Assembly: GCA_964016885.1 (NCBI GenBank)
Contig: OZ024742.1
Coordinates: forward strand, 285,572,001 to 285,636,000
Length of the DNA stretch: 64,000 bases
From: Eledone cirrhosa
Lineage: Eukaryota
Direction of reading: 5' to 3'
Numbering within the stretch: the stretch's first letter is position 1; every line of letters starts with the position of its first letter. Below are positions 60,029 to 64,000 of this stretch, in pieces. Under the pieces are notes generated by a model. The model worked only from the letters and a program-made list of their open reading frames with translations. It was not told the origin of the DNA and searched no databases. Made by a program: the position numbers and the translations under genes.

Positions 60029-60121
<93 letters not shown>

Positions 60122-60253
60122 GAGGTTATATTTAATTTGTTGTGATTCAACAAGCTTAAACATTGTTATAACTGATATAAAGCACTCAACAAGTTTAGTG
60201 AAGTAAATATACAATATATTAATAAATGGAAACTATATTTATAAAACCATAAC

Positions 60254-60319
60254 TATTTTATTATATATATTTCAAGGGCGACCAAGGTAAATTATGGTAC
60301 GCTTTCATCAGATAAAATA
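60254..60319 (-). ncRNA. Type I hammerhead ribozyme (homologue of 14408)
   Basis: Minus strand TATTTTAT-CTGATGA-aaGCGtACCA..TGGT-CGCcctt-GAAA-TATATA-TA^ATAAAATA; 8-bp stem I covarying with the 14408 copy. Confidence 0.88.
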
Positions 60320-60486
60320 CAAATTTGTTTTATAAATAAATATTTTATAAATAAATATTGACATACCCGGAAAAAAGACAACCTCAACGGTTGAAATTCG
60401 TCGTTCCCCACCGCACCACTCTCAAAAGCGCGGACCTAATAAACCTTTATTTGTCTGCCTCTCTGTTTTGTTCCCGTATAAATTTG

Positions 60487-60563
<77 letters not shown>

Positions 60564-61281
60564 TATTTGTATATATACACACACACACACACACATTTGT
60601 GTGTATATAGTGAATATAGATGCATGTTGTGTATCTATATATATGTACAGCTTTGTCTTACAAACATAATATTTTGTTGATGCAAGTAGTTTGTTATGTG
60701 GAGGCCATTGTACTTATGTTTGAATCACTCAGACGTTTTCACTTAATAAAAATGCAAAAAACATTGCACACACAAAATGTAAAGCTACAAAGGGAAACAA
60801 TATCCACGAAAATAATATGATAATAAAATAATATATAAAGAAACGCCATCACTGTCTGTGAATTATACTTGTCGATGTTGAATTCCTTTGCACTCTCTTG
60901 CACTCGATTGTTGTCGCTCTCAGCAGTCTACGGTTACCTTGACAAACTTACTGACGAATATGTTTACGAGTGAAAATTGTTGTTCTCGGAAATCACATCC
61001 GACATTTTTAAGACTAAGAAGTGCAATGAAAACAATTTTATAAGGCAGACATTTTGTTTTGACATTTATAGAAAATAAAAACAAAACCTATTTTGTTCCA
61101 GTCGTTTCTATCTTTTTTATTTATTTATGTATATATTTATATATTTCTTGGTGTGCTTTCTACGGAGGATGTTTAAAAGAAAATGCATTGTATCTGTGTG
61201 GGTGATAGTGTGTGGGTAATGAAATTATGCCTGTATGTGCATATATATACATGCACACACACACATATATATATATACATG

Positions 61282-61315
<34 letters not shown>

Positions 61316-62119
61316 CATACATATAAACAGACACACACAAATATACATAAATATATACACACACACATAATAACAAACACATATATGTATACATATATAC
61401 ACAGACATATATGTGTGTGTGTGAACATATATATACACACACATATATGTTCACACACACACGCACATAGATATATATGAGTGTGTATATATTGAAAATA
61501 TCTATTTATATGCGTGTAATAACAATATGACTAATCTTTAGGTCGAGTCAGCATGTCGGAAAAACCTGAGTCGGTATTGGTCTATGAAAGTGACGTTCAC
61601 GTATACGTATGTATATGTCTATGATCGTAAACATGTCTCTATGTATGCACACATACACACACACACATATATATACATATACATATACATATATATATGT
61701 GTGTTTATATATATGTATATATATATATGTAGCTGGATTTGCGATGTATATTGAGAGGTGACCACCGTCAAAGAAGGTACTCAATACGTTAGTAGAGGAT
61801 AGGCATGTTTATTATAGAATAGAAATGAGTTCGACAGGAAATACAACTGTTTCCTTCGTAAGAAATCATCAAGACTGGTGATTTCTTTCGAACGAAATAG
61901 TTCTAATACCGTAGAAACCATTTGTATAATATATATATATAATATAGACATAAACACACAAAGAAGTGTGTTTAGAATTACATGGGTTGAAAACCCACTT
62001 TAGTGCAATGCATATAATCTATGAAGAAACGGAAAATAGCAGATTACATATGGGCTATATCGAATAATAATTATTATTTCTACTCTATACTGCAATGCAT
62101 GGCGCCCGACCCTACAATA

Positions 62120-62287
62120 ACAATTGTTTCTACTTTTCGCACAAGGCCAGCAATTATCCCAGTGTATTACTGGTACTTTATTTTATCGACCCCGTAAGGA
62201 TGAAAGGCAAAGTTAACCTCGGTGGGATTTGAACTCAGACTATAAAAGGGCAAACTCTATGCTGCAATGCATGGCGTCCCACCCTAT
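62120..62287 (-). mobile_element. SINE, main family
   Basis: Reverse-complement tail and core. Confidence 0.85.
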
Positions 62288-62291
62288 AATG

Positions 62292-62324
<33 letters not shown>

Positions 62325-62326
<2 letters not shown>

Positions 62327-62599
62327 GTTCGATTTTAAATCGTATTGGGTAATTACTAGTAGGTTTGGCAATTGCCGAAGCAGGAAGATTCTCCCCCTCC
62401 CCGCCCCTCATAATCGGATTTAGAGCTTGGGGTGCCCAGGGCAGCTAGAGTTTGATTGGCTCCTCATATAACAACAGACTGGACCTAGTCCTCTGGGCAC
62501 CTCATGCTCTAAATCCGATCATAAGGGGGGGGGGGGAGAATCTTCCTGCTTCGGCAATTGCCAAACCTACTAGTAGTTACCCAATTTAAAATCGAACAT
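62325..62599. mobile_element. GC-richer symmetric fold-back / MITE-like element, arms about 115 bp
   Basis: ATGTTCGATTTTAAAT..GGTGCCCAG / CTGGGCACC..ATTTAAAATCGAACAT. Confidence 0.7.
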
Positions 62600-62868
62600 T
62601 TTAATATGTGTGTATGCAGCTTGTAGTTGAAAACAGATCCACCCTCTCTCTCTTTGTTCTCATTACGATATTTCAAAAGGTTTTTTAAGATCGAAATATG
62701 ATTTAAAAAACAAACAGACAAACTGTAATACTGTTTTATTAAAATTGCATTACAGGGTTTTCAGGTTCCTGTTTTACTTCCTATATATAATACTTCAAAA
62801 AACCTATATACCTTACCACTTTCAAATATAATTATATATATATATATCTACATACACACACATACAGT

Positions 62869-62930
<62 letters not shown>

Positions 62931-63519
62931 TATATATATATATATATATGGGAGATAAATGCGTGTATGAAGTTTTTTATTTCATAGATCTGCAACTATA
63001 GTTTTATGACTCACTAACTCCATCTTAGGATTAAGTGTGCCGGTATTACACATCTATGAACATATATATATATGATTTGATTACACACAGAAAAGTAGAG
63101 AGACAGAATGGAAAAGGAAAAGAAAAGAGAGGAGAAAGAAAGAATGTACTTTAATTTAAACATCCTCTAAACAAAGACTTCCAAGAAATAATGTAAATTT
63201 AAATTTTATAATAAAAAAAATATCACAGCGAAATGTCTGTCTTATGAAGTTGTTTACATTGAATTTCTTAGTCTTGAAAATGTCGGATGTGATTTCCGAG
63301 AACAACAATTTTCACTCGTAAACATATTCGTCACTAACTTTGTCAAGGTAACCGTAGACTGCTGAGATCGACAATAGTTGAGTGCAAAAGACACAAAAGA
63401 AATTAACATGGACAACGATAAATGGTAGTAATTTTGGCACAAGTTCCTTTTAGAGGAGATGTTTTTTTACCTCCTTCAACGTTTGATTATGTCTCTTTAA
63501 ACAAAAAGGAATAATAATT

Positions 63520-64000
63520 ATTCTTTCTACATTTGGCACAAGGCTAGCAATTTGAAAGGAAGGGAAAAGTCGATTAAATCGATCTTGGTGTGTTACTGGT
63601 ATATTATTTTATTGACCCCTTAATGATGAAAATCAAAGCGAACCTCGACAGGATTTGAACTCAGATCGGAAAGGGGCGTAGCTCTATGCCATATAGCATA
63701 TTGTCCGACGCTCTACCGATACTGCCAATCCACCGCCTTGGGAGTAATAATAATGGTTTCTGATTTAGGCACAATGCCAACAATTTTTGGGGGAGGGGAA
63801 AGTCGATTAAATCGACCCCAGTACATTACTGGTACTTTATTTTACCGACCTCGTAAGGATGAAAGACAAAGCTAACCTCGGCGGGATTTGAACTCAGATC
63901 ATAAAGGGCCGTAACTCTATGCTGCAAAGCATGGCGTCCGACCCTCTACCGATTCTGCCAATCCACTGCACTGGGAATAGTAATGATAATAATGGTTTCT
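63520..64000 (-). mobile_element. Tandem minus-strand SINEs continuing off the right edge
   Basis: Copies at about 63520-63740 and 63752-63972; start of a third tail at about 63990. Confidence 0.9.

Noticed and set aside
60945-60990. CTGACGA..GAAA as a hammerhead
   Set aside because: No convincing stem I, II or III; the inverted sister copy reads GTGACGA.

Overview
AT-rich, microsatellite-saturated animal genomic DNA with no recognisable host gene. The SINE and retroelement content points to an octopod cephalopod (inference). Almost every listed ORF is a translation of simple repeats. Real content: a 7.2-kb 21-bp satellite; (ACC)n- and (AAC)n-derived minisatellites; two truncated Penelope-like retroelements (PLEs) with RT pseudogenes (11073-12582 minus; 15748-17887 plus, RT+GIY-YIG, probably Naiad-type); RTE LINE fragments; about 25 tRNA-derived SINEs; hAT, Tc1/mariner and Helitron non-autonomous elements; and a 200-N gap. 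The main signal is a population of about 25 short (150-750 bp) non-coding elements from several sequence-divergent families, mostly sitting in (TA)n tracts. They share three things: (i) a type I hammerhead ribozyme, with about 12 complete or near-complete folds readable by eye, covarying stems, mostly palindromic stem III regions and a U3-A8 core variant; (ii) a covarying bulged hairpin RCTC-[stem-loop]-TT-GAGY downstream; (iii) an asymmetric fold-back architecture in which only one arm carries the terminal tail. All structures were paired by eye and none has been tested computationally.
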